Below are positions 23,348-33,203 of a stretch of 45,783 nt of DNA, one piece after another. Position 1 is the stretch's first letter, and each line of letters starts with the position of its first letter. The stretch is from positions 1 through 45,783 of the forward strand of contig JBBQUO010000002.1 of the NCBI GenBank assembly GCA_038212375.1, given 5' to 3'. The notes beneath the pieces were generated by a model. It ran no database searches, was not told where the DNA came from, and saw only the letters and a list, made by a program, of their open reading frames with translations. The DNA is from Minisyncoccia bacterium. Its GTDB lineage: Bacteria > Patescibacteriota > Minisyncoccia > Phycocordibacterales > Zambryskibacteraceae. The position numbers and the translations under genes were made by a program.

Positions 23348-25501
23348 ATGGAACGAGATTATCCACTGGAAAGAGTAAGGAATTTTGGAATTGTAGCTCA
23401 CGTTGATGCAGGGAAGACCACGACATCAGAGCGTGTTCTCTATTACACTGGTGCTCAGCACAGTATTGGAGAAGTGCACGATGGAGAGACCACCACTGAC
23501 TGGATGGAACAAGAAAAAGAGCGCGGCATCACGATTACCGCGGCGGCTATTACCTGTTTCTGGTCTCCGACATATCTCGAAGCAGAATCTCGAAAGGATA
23601 AAGCAAACAAATATCGTTTCAATATCATCGACACCCCAGGTCACATCGACTTTACGGTAGAAGTGAAGCGCTCGCTTCGCGTGCTCGATGGAGCTGTCGT
23701 CGTGTTCGACGGAGTAGCAGGAGTAGAACCTCAGTCAGAAACCAACTGGCGCTACGCGGAAGAGGCAAGTGTTCCACGTATTTGCTTTATCAATAAGCTC
23801 GATCGAACAGGTGCATCATTTGAGCGTTCATATAAATCTATTCTTGATCGTCTTTCAAAAAAGGCAGTCCGTGTACAGATTCCAATCGGGGAAGAGGGAA
23901 ATCACGAAGGAGTTATTGACCTTCTCCAGATGAAGGCGTATTACTTTGAAGGAAACATGGGAGACAAGATTATTCTCAAAGAAATCCCTGACGCATTTAA
24001 GGCAGATGCAGAAAAGTATCATGCAGAGCTCGTAGAGAAAATTGTAGAGCACGATGATGCTATGATGAACGATTTCCTTGAAGGAAAAATCCCAGCATAT
24101 GCTGACCTCAAGAAAATTCTCCGAAAGGCGGTTATTGCAAATGAAATTTTCCCTGTGTATGCAGGATCCGCACTTAAGAACAAAGGAGTACAGATCATTC
24201 TCGACGGAGTGGTGGACTATCTCCCGTCTCCACTTGATATCAAAGATGTGGTTGGAGTAGATCCTCGTACAGGAGACGAGATTACTCGTGCACCATCTGA
24301 TAGCGCACCATTTTCAGCGCTTGCATTCAAACTGCAAGCAGATCCATTCGTAGGACAGCTCACATTCTTCCGCGTATATTCAGGAACTATTGAATCAGGA
24401 AGTTATATTTACAACTCAACCACTGGCGAGAGAGAGCGTCTCGGACGCATCGTGCGCCTTCAGGCAAACGATCGTGAAGAAGTGAAGAAAGTATTTGCGG
24501 GAGAAATTGCAGCAGCGGTAGGACTCAAAAATGCAAAGACTTCTCATACCTTCTGCGACGAAAATAACCCTATCGTACTTGATCAAATCAAATTCCCTGA
24601 ACCGGTTATTTCACTTCGTATTGAGCCGAAGACAAAAGCAGACCAGGAAAAGATGGGTATGGCACTCAAGCGTCTCTCAGATGAAGATCCAACATTTAGA
24701 ATTAAATCCGACTCTGACACTGGTGAAACGGTGATTATGGGAATGGGAGAACTTCACCTTGAAATTCTCGTCGATCGTATGAAGCGTGAATTCGGCGTAG
24801 AAGCAAATGTCGGCAAACCTCAAGTATCGTACAAAGAAACGATCACTGGTGAGGCAGAGGTGGAAAACAAATACATCAAACAGACGGGAGGAAAGGGTCA
24901 GTATGGACACGTCCGTATCAGTATCAAACCGCTCCCACACTATGATCCAGAAGAAAAAGTTCCAAAGAATGCTCACCGAGAACCTGGATACGAATTTATC
25001 GATTCAATCAAAGGAGGGGTTATTCCACAAGAATTTATTCCAGCTGTTGAAAAGGGAGTTCGTGAATCTATGGATCGCGGAGTAGTGGCAGGATTCAAGA
25101 TGACTGATATTTCATGTGAACTTACATTCGGAAGTTACCACGATGTGGACTCTTCAGAAATCGCTTACAAGATCGCAGCATCACAGGCATTCCAAGAAGC
25201 AGCAAAGAAGGCAAGACCTGTTATTCTCGAACCTATTATGAAGATCGAGGTAGTAGTTCCAGACAAGTTCATGGGAGACATTACGGGAAATATCTCAGGA
25301 AAGCGTGGACAGATCGATGGTATGGATGAACGTGGAGATCTGAAAGTTATTCGTGCACAAGTACCTCTCTCAGAAATGTTCGGATATGTGACCGCACTTC
25401 GCTCAATGACCGAGGGGAGAGGGTCATCAACGATGGAATTCGATCACTATGCGATCGTACCTCCAAACGTAGCTCAGGCTATTGTAGAAAGTAGAAAGTA
25501 A
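23348..25501 (+). CDS. fusA: Elongation factor G
   Basis: AHVDAGKTT, DTPGHIDF, NKLD and a full-length EF-G domain order. Confidence 0.95.
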   Translation: MERDYPLERVRNFGIVAHVDAGKTTTSERVLYYTGAQHSIGEVHDGETTTDWMEQEKERGITITAAAITCFWSPTYLEAESRKDKANKYRFNIIDTPGHIDFTVEVKRSLRVLDGAVVVFDGVAGVEPQSETNWRYAEEASVPRICFINKLDRTGASFERSYKSILDRLSKKAVRVQIPIGEEGNHEGVIDLLQMKAYYFEGNMGDKIILKEIPDAFKADAEKYHAELVEKIVEHDDAMMNDFLEGKIPAYADLKKILRKAVIANEIFPVYAGSALKNKGVQIILDGVVDYLPSPLDIKDVVGVDPRTGDEITRAPSDSAPFSALAFKLQADPFVGQLTFFRVYSGTIESGSYIYNSTTGERERLGRIVRLQANDREEVKKVFAGEIAAAVGLKNAKTSHTFCDENNPIVLDQIKFPEPVISLRIEPKTKADQEKMGMALKRLSDEDPTFRIKSDSDTGETVIMGMGELHLEILVDRMKREFGVEANVGKPQVSYKETITGEAEVENKYIKQTGGKGQYGHVRISIKPLPHYDPEEKVPKNAHREPGYEFIDSIKGGVIPQEFIPAVEKGVRESMDRGVVAGFKMTDISCELTFGSYHDVDSSEIAYKIAASQAFQEAAKKARPVILEPIMKIEVVVPDKFMGDITGNISGKRGQIDGMDERGDLKVIRAQVPLSEMFGYVTALRSMTEGRGSSTMEFDHYAIVPPNVAQAIVESRK

Positions 25502-25528
25502 TCAGTAAATAGTTTTTAGTAAAGATAC

Positions 25529-25554
25529 AAAAAACCCTCAATTGAGGGTTTTTT
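25529..25554 (+). terminator. Rho-independent terminator after fusA
   Basis: AAAAAACCCTC aatt GAGGGTTTTTT. Confidence 0.8.
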
Positions 25555-25675
25555 GCTATTTGTAAAATCTCACAGTGGATCAATTAAAGGAAATTGAAAC
25601 TCTCGTGAAATGACTAAAAAGTAAAAGTGCCACAAAAAATTTCCCAAACGGTTAAAAATATTGTTAGAGCATTAA

Positions 25676-25709
25676 AAATCTCTCGAATGCTTTGCCTTCG
25701 AGAGATTTT
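25676..25709. terminator. Orphan 12-bp terminator-like hairpin in the fusA-tuf spacer
   Basis: AAATCTCTCGAA tgctttgcc TTCGAGAGATTT with A/T runs on both sides. No convincing ORF on either side. Confidence 0.5.
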
Positions 25710-25791
25710 AGTTTACAGCGGCGGATTTCTGTGCGGAGGTCTCACCTCGGGAGACCAACCCCTTAATTGTTGCGAGTTATCTTTTTTCTTC

Positions 25792-25819
25792 TTGACTATT
25801 AGCTGCCCTTTGCTATGAT
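25792..25819 (+). promoter_or_regulatory. Sigma70-like promoter with extended -10, upstream of tuf
   Basis: TTGACT - 16 nt - (TGc)TATGAT. Predicts a ~115-nt structured leader before ATG 25940. Confidence 0.6.
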
Positions 25820-25939
25820 GTTTTTTACTTGTTTGGCAGCTGTTTTTATATGTAACAAGTTTATTATCAAATTCGTGATTCTCGCATGTGAAGCTCTCGC
25901 GCCACACGCGAATATCGGGAATATTAATCAATCATTACA

Positions 25940-27142
<1,203 letters not shown>

Positions 27143-27145
27143 AAA

Positions 27146-27193
27146 GAATACCGAATAGTGAATAGGGAATAAAGCTCAATTCACATTCATTCA
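27146..27193 (+). repeat. Heptad array GAATA x4 followed by ATTC x3, in the tuf-rpsJ spacer
   Basis: gaatacc gaatagt gaatagg gaataaa starting at 27146, 27153, 27160, 27167. ATTC at 27179, 27185, 27189. rpsJ ATG at 27199. Confidence 0.85.
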
Positions 27194-27198
27194 CGATA

Positions 27199-27573
27199 AT
27201 GGCAACCGCAAAAACAACAAAAGAAAAGAAGTCACCGAAAGCGAAAGCTGCGAACAAGGACGCAGGGGTTTCAAAGCTCCGCATCCGTGTGCGCGCATAC
27301 GAATATAAAATTCTTGATATTTCAGTGAAGCAGATTATCGATACCGCAGTACGATATGATGCGGAAGTTCTTGGACCTATTCCACTTCCAACTGAAATCA
27401 AAAAATATACCGTAAACCGCGCTTCATTCGTATACAAAAATGCGCGAGAGCAGTTTGAAATGCGAATTCACAAGCGTCTCATCGATATCGTAAACCCTAC
27501 TCCGAAGCTTATTGAGTCACTCTCAAGTCTCTCACTTCCTTCTGGAGTAAATATCGACGTTAAGATGATGTAG
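27199..27573 (+). CDS. rpsJ: 30S ribosomal protein S10, with a Lys-rich N-terminal extension
   Basis: [14 protein letters not shown]...[27 protein letters not shown]. Confidence 0.95.
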   Translation: MATAKTTKEKKSPKAKAANKDAGVSKLRIRVRAYEYKILDISVKQIIDTAVRYDAEVLGPIPLPTEIKKYTVNRASFVYKNAREQFEMRIHKRLIDIVNPTPKLIESLSSLSLPSGVNIDVKMM

Positions 27574-27579
27574 GGCAGG

Positions 27580-27611
27580 GAAACGCCCTCTTCCAAGGAA
27601 GAGGGCGTTTC
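27580..27611 (+). promoter_or_regulatory. 15-bp perfect inverted repeat (stem-loop) between rpsJ and rplC, with no U tract
   Basis: GAAACGCCCTCTTCC aa GGAAGAGGGCGTTTC. Confidence 0.7.
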
Positions 27612-27676
27612 GTATGTACAAAAGATAGACAAGGAAGAAAAAATCTGTAGTATAGGTGTCCACGCATAGCACAGCA

Positions 27677-28294
27677 ATGAAATTCATTATCGCAAAAAAA
27701 CATAGCATGACTCAGGTCTTCGATGAGAAAGGCGCTGTTACTCCAGTAACCGTCCTTTCTGCAGGCCCTGTTGTTGTTACTCAAGTCAAAGATCTTGCAC
27801 GCGATGGCTATAAATCTGTTCAAGTTGGATTCGGTACGAAGAAAGAAAAGAACATTTCAAAGGCACTGCTCGGTCACTACAAAGGTAAAGCGTTTGCAAA
27901 TACCAAGGAGTTCACTCCAAAAGCTGGAGAAGAAATGCCAGAGCTCGGAGCGTCTATCGATGTTTCAACATTTGCTCCTGGAGACAATGTTTCTGTCTCA
28001 GCTATTTCAAAAGGAAAAGGTTTCCAAGGAGTGGTAAAACGTCACGGATTCGCAGGAGGACCACGTAGTCACGGTCAGAAGCACTCAGAGCGTGAGCCTG
28101 GATCTATCGGAGGAGGACTTCGAAACAAAGTACCAAAAGGCATGCGTATGGCAGGAAGAATGGGAGGGGTGCGCATCACGACGAAGAATCTCAAGATTGT
28201 TCAAGTGAATGCCGCAGAGAACCTCATTCTCGTTTCTGGTGCAGTTCCAGGACGAAGAGGGACAATGGTAGAAATAAGATCAGAAAAGAATTAA
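27677..28294 (+). CDS. rplC: 50S ribosomal protein L3
   Basis: MKFIIAKKHSMTQVFDEKG and typical L3 sequence. GTG 27656 extension rejected. Confidence 0.95.
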   Translation: MKFIIAKKHSMTQVFDEKGAVTPVTVLSAGPVVVTQVKDLARDGYKSVQVGFGTKKEKNISKALLGHYKGKAFANTKEFTPKAGEEMPELGASIDVSTFAPGDNVSVSAISKGKGFQGVVKRHGFAGGPRSHGQKHSEREPGSIGGGLRNKVPKGMRMAGRMGGVRITTKNLKIVQVNAAENLILVSGAVPGRRGTMVEIRSEKN

Positions 28295-28301
28295 GACTAC
28301 C

Positions 28302-28336
28302 AAATCAAGAACAATCTAAAACATAATTCTTGATTT
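28302..28336 (+). promoter_or_regulatory. 10-bp stem-loop in the rplC-rplD spacer
   Basis: AAATCAAGAA - 15 nt - TTCTTGATTT. Confidence 0.55.
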
Positions 28337-28352
28337 ATCATTCAACAACATC

Positions 28353-29105
28353 ATGGAAGCAACCGTATACAACCAAACAGGAACTGAAGCAAAGAAGATC
28401 ACTCTTCCGGAACATATTTTCGGTTTGCGTTGGAATTCTGACCTTGTTCACCAGGTTGCTGTATCAATGGCATCAAGTGCTCGTCATTCTATCGCTCACG
28501 CAAAGACTCGTGGTGAAGTACGTGGGGGAGGAAAGAAGCCATGGCAACAGAAAGGGACTGGACGCGCTCGTCACGGATCTTCACGATCTCCTATCTGGGT
28601 TGGAGGAGGTACTACTCACGGTCCTCGCAATGACAAGAATTATGACCGTAAGGTTAATAAGAAGATGAAGATGAAGGCACTCTTTACGATTCTTTCTCGA
28701 AAGTTCCGTGAGGGCGAAGTATTTTTCATTGATTCTGTAGCATTGAAGTCTGCAAAGACGAAAGATGCAGTCGAGTCTCTTGGAACTCTCGCAAAAATCT
28801 CTGGATTCCCTACACTCAAAGGCAAGCGTGCAAACTCTATGTTCATTGCCCTTGGTACATCAGACCAGAGTATGTCTCGTGGACTTTCAAATGTGGGAAA
28901 TATTTCTGTAGAGGATTGCCGAAACATTAGTGTTCCTGCGGTACTCAAATACAAGACGATTGTATTCATCGGACCAGATGAGGTTCTCAAGACTCTTGGA
29001 TCAAAGATGGATGCCCCACTCGCTGGAAAAGTAGCAAAACCAAAAGCTTTAAAGAAAGTAAAAGCTGCTCCAAAAACGAAAGCTTCTAAAAAGGTAACTG
29101 CGTAA
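28353..29105 (+). CDS. rplD: 50S ribosomal protein L4, with a Lys/Ala-rich C-terminal extension
   Basis: KTRGEVRGGGKKPWQQKGTGRARHGS. Confidence 0.95.
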   Translation: MEATVYNQTGTEAKKITLPEHIFGLRWNSDLVHQVAVSMASSARHSIAHAKTRGEVRGGGKKPWQQKGTGRARHGSSRSPIWVGGGTTHGPRNDKNYDRKVNKKMKMKALFTILSRKFREGEVFFIDSVALKSAKTKDAVESLGTLAKISGFPTLKGKRANSMFIALGTSDQSMSRGLSNVGNISVEDCRNISVPAVLKYKTIVFIGPDEVLKTLGSKMDAPLAGKVAKPKALKKVKAAPKTKASKKVTA

Positions 29106-29115
29106 CAATAATCAT

Positions 29116-29454
29116 ATGGCTAAAGCTACTAAGAAAACTGAAAAGAAAGAACATCCAAAGGCAGGAAAGTCATCAAAGACAATGCCTGGAGTACTTTTGC
29201 GTCCTCGTATTACAGAAAAGGCAAGTGGCATGGCAATGGATAAAAATATTTATGCATTCGAGGTTGCACTCCGCGCTACTAAGAGAGAAATCAAAAAAGC
29301 TGTAGCAGATTTTTATAAAGTTACCGCAGTAAAAATCGCAATCGTAGCTATTCCATCAAAGGATGTGACTGTTCGTGGAAAGAAGGGTCACACTTCAAAA
29401 GGAAAGAAAGCATACGTATACTTGAAGAAGGGAGATACTATTGAATTCGTGTAA
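29116..29454 (+). CDS. rplW: 50S ribosomal protein L23
   Basis: Position in the operon and an L23-like core (YAFEV..KREIKKAV..FYKV). Confidence 0.9.
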   Translation: MAKATKKTEKKEHPKAGKSSKTMPGVLLRPRITEKASGMAMDKNIYAFEVALRATKREIKKAVADFYKVTAVKIAIVAIPSKDVTVRGKKGHTSKGKKAYVYLKKGDTIEFV

Positions 29455-29468
29455 TATCAACAACGATC

Positions 29469-30311
29469 ATGATTAAGAAATTCAAACCAACTACAAAGTC
29501 TCGCCGTAACATGACATCGATTGACTATGCCAAGGTAATCACTAGTCAGAACCCGGAGAAGGCCCTTACATGGGGTTTTAAGCGCCCAGTTGGACGTAAC
29601 CACCATGGCCGCATTACTACCGCTCACAAAGGAGGCGGACACAAGCGTCTTTTCCGTGATGTAGATTTTCAATACAACAAAATAAATATTCCATACACCA
29701 TTACTACGGTAGAGTATGATCCAAATCGCTCTGGATTTATCGGCTTAGCGGTCTATAACGATGGTGAAAAGCGTTACGCTCTCCTTCCAAAAGGAGTTGC
29801 TGTAGGTTCAAAGCTCATTGTCTCAGAGGCAGCTCCTCAAACTGCTGGAAACCGTCTCCTTTTAAAGAACGTAACCGTAGGTACATTTGTTTATAATGTA
29901 GAAGTAAAACCAAAAGGTGGCGCAAAGCTTGGACGTTCAGCAGGTAACTATATTGAAGTTATTGCAAAAGATGCTGGATCAGTAGACCTCAAGATGCCAT
30001 CATCTGAAGTTCGAAAGGTTTCCGAAAATTGCTGGGCTACGATCGGAGAAGTATCAAATGACGAAAATCGCTTGGTAAACCTCGGAAAAGCAGGCCGCTC
30101 ACGTTGGCTCGGTATCCGCCCAACAGTTCGAGGTACTGCCATGAACCCAGTAGACCACCCACATGGAGGAGGAGAAGGACGCTCAGGACGCGGAAGTCGC
30201 CGCCAGAAGACCAGAACTGGTCGCCCTACTGGAAAGGGACAGAAGTCGCGAAGTCCAAAGAAGTATTCGAACGTATTCATCGTTCGCCGCCGAAAGGTTG
30301 GGAAGAAGTAG
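29469..30311 (+). CDS. rplB: 50S ribosomal protein L2
   Basis: GRNHHGRITTAHKGGGHKR and NPVDHPHGGGEGR. Confidence 0.97.
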   Translation: MIKKFKPTTKSRRNMTSIDYAKVITSQNPEKALTWGFKRPVGRNHHGRITTAHKGGGHKRLFRDVDFQYNKINIPYTITTVEYDPNRSGFIGLAVYNDGEKRYALLPKGVAVGSKLIVSEAAPQTAGNRLLLKNVTVGTFVYNVEVKPKGGAKLGRSAGNYIEVIAKDAGSVDLKMPSSEVRKVSENCWATIGEVSNDENRLVNLGKAGRSRWLGIRPTVRGTAMNPVDHPHGGGEGRSGRGSRRQKTRTGRPTGKGQKSRSPKKYSNVFIVRRRKVGKK

Positions 30312-30329
30312 ACGAGCTTATTTTTTCAC

Positions 30330-30355
30330 AAAAAAGCCCTCTGTGAGGGTTTTTT
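30330..30355 (+). terminator. Rho-independent terminator directly after rplB, inside the S10 operon
   Basis: AAAAAAGCCCTC tgt GAGGGTTTTTT. Confidence 0.75.
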
Positions 30356-30426
30356 GTTTGACAAAAGAGAGGTCGAATAAGATTCTTCTTTGTGGAACGC
30401 ACAAACTCAACACATAGAGAAAGATC

Positions 30427-30753
30427 ATGTCAGCCGAAAGCGATGCCCTTAGAGAATATTTCGAATCCCAGCTCAGACAGCTTCGTGAACAAAACCGAGC
30501 AAATCGGAACGATAACTTTTTACTACACCTTGTTTCTTTGGAAGCTACAGTAAAGCAAGGAGTTGATGAAGCTATTGCCCGCCATGAAGAGAATATGAAG
30601 AGGACAAAAAACATGGTTGCATCAACCGCCACTCGTTTGGAGAAAGCGTCACTCGCCATACTTAGGGAAGCGGAGAAAACTGCAGCTATGTTAGTCTCGA
30701 ATTTTATTCGAGACTGCGCCCCTCCTGGATTTACGTTTGTACCAGAAGAATAG
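30427..30753 (+). CDS. Hypothetical helical protein (108 aa) inserted between rplB and rpsS
   Basis: The ORF is bracketed exactly by two terminators. Predicted helical / coiled-coil-like ([20 protein letters not shown]...). No recognisable family. Weak RBS. Confidence 0.5.
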   Translation: MSAESDALREYFESQLRQLREQNRANRNDNFLLHLVSLEATVKQGVDEAIARHEENMKRTKNMVASTATRLEKASLAILREAEKTAAMLVSNFIRDCAPPGFTFVPEE

Positions 30754-30768
30754 TAATTGTAGAGACCT

Positions 30769-30802
30769 CCCCGCACCTATTCTGGTGCGGGGTTTCTGTT
30801 TT
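30769..30802 (+). terminator. Strong rho-independent terminator after the orphan gene
   Basis: CCCCGCACC tattct GGTGCGGGG tttctgtttt. Confidence 0.85.
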
Positions 30803-30815
30803 AGGGCCAAAACAT

Positions 30816-30843
30816 TTGACATTCCTTCGCATTTTGCTAGTAT
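30816..30843 (+). promoter_or_regulatory. Sigma70-like promoter with extended -10 that restarts the operon at rpsS
   Basis: TTGACA - 16 nt - (TGc)TAGTAT. Same architecture as the tuf promoter. Confidence 0.6.
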
Positions 30844-30881
30844 TTCTGCCAAGCTCTCAGTCGAGCCTATTTTTAACTGCA

Positions 30882-31226
30882 ATGACACGATCATCCAAAA
30901 AAGGTCCATACGTAGACGACCGACTCCTCAAGAAAATTGAAGGGAAGAAGCCCACTGAAACTGGTGCTATTAAGACATGGTCACGTGCGAGTCAGATCTC
31001 TCCTGAAATGATCGGATTCATTTTCGGTGTTCATAATGGGAAGGATCATATTGAGGTTCTCATTACCGAGGACATGATCGGTCACCGTCTTGGAGAATTT
31101 TCACCAACTCGAAAGTTCACCAAACACGGAGGAAAGATGCAGAAAGAACTTGAACAGGCAAAGAAAACTGCTGAGATCGCTGCTGCACAGTCTGCAAAGA
31201 CCGCAACAACCTCTCCTAAAAAATAA
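30882..31226 (+). CDS. rpsS: 30S ribosomal protein S19, with a C-terminal extension
   Basis: [32 protein letters not shown]. The track start at 30816 falls in the promoter and was rejected. Confidence 0.95.
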   Translation: MTRSSKKGPYVDDRLLKKIEGKKPTETGAIKTWSRASQISPEMIGFIFGVHNGKDHIEVLITEDMIGHRLGEFSPTRKFTKHGGKMQKELEQAKKTAEIAAAQSAKTATTSPKK

Positions 31227-31235
31227 TTCACTATC

Positions 31236-31607
31236 ATGGCATCAGTAACAGCAAAACTTAGCGACTACAGACAATCACCACGAAAGGTGAGACTTGTTGC
31301 AAAGAGTTTGCAAGGAAAGAGAGTTAGTGACGCTCTCACTTCACTTGAATTTCTTGCTAAGCGTTCTGCCGATCCTCTCGCAAAGCTTATTCGTTCTGCG
31401 GTTGCCAATGCAAAAAACGCATCTGTTGAAACAGAAAACCTTATTATCAAGGAGATTCGTGTTGATGGCGGAGCGATCCTTTACAGACGCCGAAGCGCAT
31501 CTCGAGGGCGTGCACCTTCTATCCGAAAGCGAACCAGCCATATATTGCTAACTCTTGAAGAAAAGGAACCTAAGGTAAAGAGAATCAAGAAAGAGAAGAC
31601 TTCATAA
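31236..31607 (+). CDS. rplV: 50S ribosomal protein L22
   Basis: Typical L22 sequence and operon position. Confidence 0.93.
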   Translation: MASVTAKLSDYRQSPRKVRLVAKSLQGKRVSDALTSLEFLAKRSADPLAKLIRSAVANAKNASVETENLIIKEIRVDGGAILYRRRSASRGRAPSIRKRTSHILLTLEEKEPKVKRIKKEKTS

Positions 31608-31615
31608 TTATATTC

Positions 31616-32284
31616 ATGTCACACACCGTACACCCATATTCCCATAGACTAGGTATCATCAGAGATTGGAAATCTCGATGGTTTGGTGCAAAGGAAAAAT
31701 ATACCGAATACCTCCGTGGTGATATTACGGTTCGTGAATATCTTGAAAAGAAGCTTCGTGGTATGTATGTCAGTGGTGTTGAGATCGAGCGCAACGAAAA
31801 GATGATGCGTATCATTGTAGATACTTCACGTCCTGGTGTTATTATCGGCCGAAGTGGAGAGGGTGCAGTAAAACTCAAAAATGATGTACTCCGCTTTATG
31901 ACACGCCGCGGTGTCTATTCTGGAAAAACTGAACTCAAACTCGATATCAGAGAGGTAAAGTCTCCTGAAGCAAATGCTTCCATTGTTTCCCAGATGGTTG
32001 CTGAAGGGATCGAGAAGCGTATGCCTTACAGACGTGTGCTTAAGCAGACTGTAGAAAAGGTCATGGCTAATCGCGAAGTGAAAGGAGTAAAGATCACGAT
32101 CGGTGGACGTCTTGCGGGTTCATCTATTGCTCGGAGCGAAACAAAGAAGCTTGGACAGATTCCACTTCAGACATTTCGTGCAGATGTAGACTACGCTCAC
32201 TTCGAGGCTCAGATGCCGTACGGAAAGCTTGGTATTAAAGTATGGATCTATCGTGGAGAAGTGTTTGCTAAGAAGGCTGAATAA
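31616..32284 (+). CDS. rpsC: 30S ribosomal protein S3
   Basis: HPYSHRLGIIRDWKSRWF and a KH domain. Confidence 0.95.
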   Translation: MSHTVHPYSHRLGIIRDWKSRWFGAKEKYTEYLRGDITVREYLEKKLRGMYVSGVEIERNEKMMRIIVDTSRPGVIIGRSGEGAVKLKNDVLRFMTRRGVYSGKTELKLDIREVKSPEANASIVSQMVAEGIEKRMPYRRVLKQTVEKVMANREVKGVKITIGGRLAGSSIARSETKKLGQIPLQTFRADVDYAHFEAQMPYGKLGIKVWIYRGEVFAKKAE

Positions 32285-32295
32285 TATACACGATC

Positions 32296-32715
32296 ATGTT
32301 ACTCCCAAAGAAAGTAAAATTCAGAAAGTGGCACACAATGCGTAAGAACCCAAAGAAACTTGGGAACGCAAGTCGTGGCACTACAATTGCATTCGGCTCT
32401 TTTGCACTCAAAGCAACTGCACCTGCGCGCGTTCGTTCAAACCAAATTGAGTCTGCTCGAAAAGCAGCATCTCGAGCAATCGGAAAGACCGGAAAGATTT
32501 GGATTCGCATTTTCCCAGATATGCCGTATACTGCAAAGCCTGCAGAAGTAAAGCTTGGAAAGGGTAAGGGAGATCTCCAGGGTTATTGCGCACCAGTGCT
32601 TCCAGGAAGAGTAATCTTCGAAGTAGACGGTGTACCAGAGGCTGTTGCACGAGAAGCTCTCCGAAAGGCGGGTACCAAGCTTCCAGTGAAAACCAAGATT
32701 GTAGCTCGCGTATAA
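32296..32715 (+). CDS. rplP: 50S ribosomal protein L16
   Basis: MLLPKKVKFRKWH.. Confidence 0.95.
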   Translation: MLLPKKVKFRKWHTMRKNPKKLGNASRGTTIAFGSFALKATAPARVRSNQIESARKAASRAIGKTGKIWIRIFPDMPYTAKPAEVKLGKGKGDLQGYCAPVLPGRVIFEVDGVPEAVAREALRKAGTKLPVKTKIVARV

Positions 32716-32724
32716 ACAACCACA

Positions 32725-32919
32725 ATGTCTGAATTCAAAGATAAAAACGAAAAAGATTTGATAAAACTTCTTACAGAAAAAGAAGAAGGCTTGAAGAATT
32801 TTCGCTTCGGTATTGCTGGGAGTAAAGTTCGCAATGTACGAGAAGGGCGAGACCTCCGCAAGGACGTCGCACGCATCAAGACTGAGCTTACTCGCCTTAT
32901 GAAAAAGGCTTCTGTCTAA
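32725..32919 (+). CDS. rpmC: 50S ribosomal protein L29
   Basis: 64-aa helical protein in the L29 position of the operon. Confidence 0.9.
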   Translation: MSEFKDKNEKDLIKLLTEKEEGLKNFRFGIAGSKVRNVREGRDLRKDVARIKTELTRLMKKASV

Positions 32920-32933
32920 TTTTGAATATTGTT

Positions 32934-33197
32934 ATGAAAAAAACACCAGTTACAGCAGAAGTTTCATCATCACAGCCAAAAACTTTTAAAGGAGTTGTGG
33001 TTTCTACAAAGATGAAAGATACCATTGTAGTATCAGTCAATCGTCTTGTGAAGCATCCCCGCTACAAAAAGTATATTGAGCGAAGAAAGAGGTACCAGGC
33101 TCACGATGCGGGGAATACAAAGGTGATGGGAGAGACAGTTATGATTGTCGAAACAAAGCCTATTTCAAAAATGAAGAAGTATAAGCTTGTTGCTTAA
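32934..33197 (+). CDS. rpsQ: 30S ribosomal protein S17
   Basis: KTFKGVVVSTKMKDTIVVSV..HPRYKKY. ATG 32934 preferred over TTG 32922. Confidence 0.93.
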   Translation: MKKTPVTAEVSSSQPKTFKGVVVSTKMKDTIVVSVNRLVKHPRYKKYIERRKRYQAHDAGNTKVMGETVMIVETKPISKMKKYKLVA

Positions 33198-33203
33198 AAC
33201 ACC

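Noticed and set aside
25627-25818. 63-aa plus-strand ORF in the fusA-tuf spacer
   Set aside because: It runs across two hairpins and into the tuf promoter, has no RBS, and has implausible Cys/Leu-rich composition.
27580-27611. Calling the rpsJ-rplC hairpin an intrinsic terminator
   Set aside because: No U tract follows the stem, and the downstream genes belong to the same conserved operon. It is kept only as a structured element.
30318-30776. 152-aa minus-strand ORF antisense to the rplB-rpsS insert
   Set aside because: It would have to run through both intrinsic terminator hairpins, has no RBS or promoter that I can see, and has a low-complexity sequence. The plus-strand 108-aa ORF fits exactly between the terminators.
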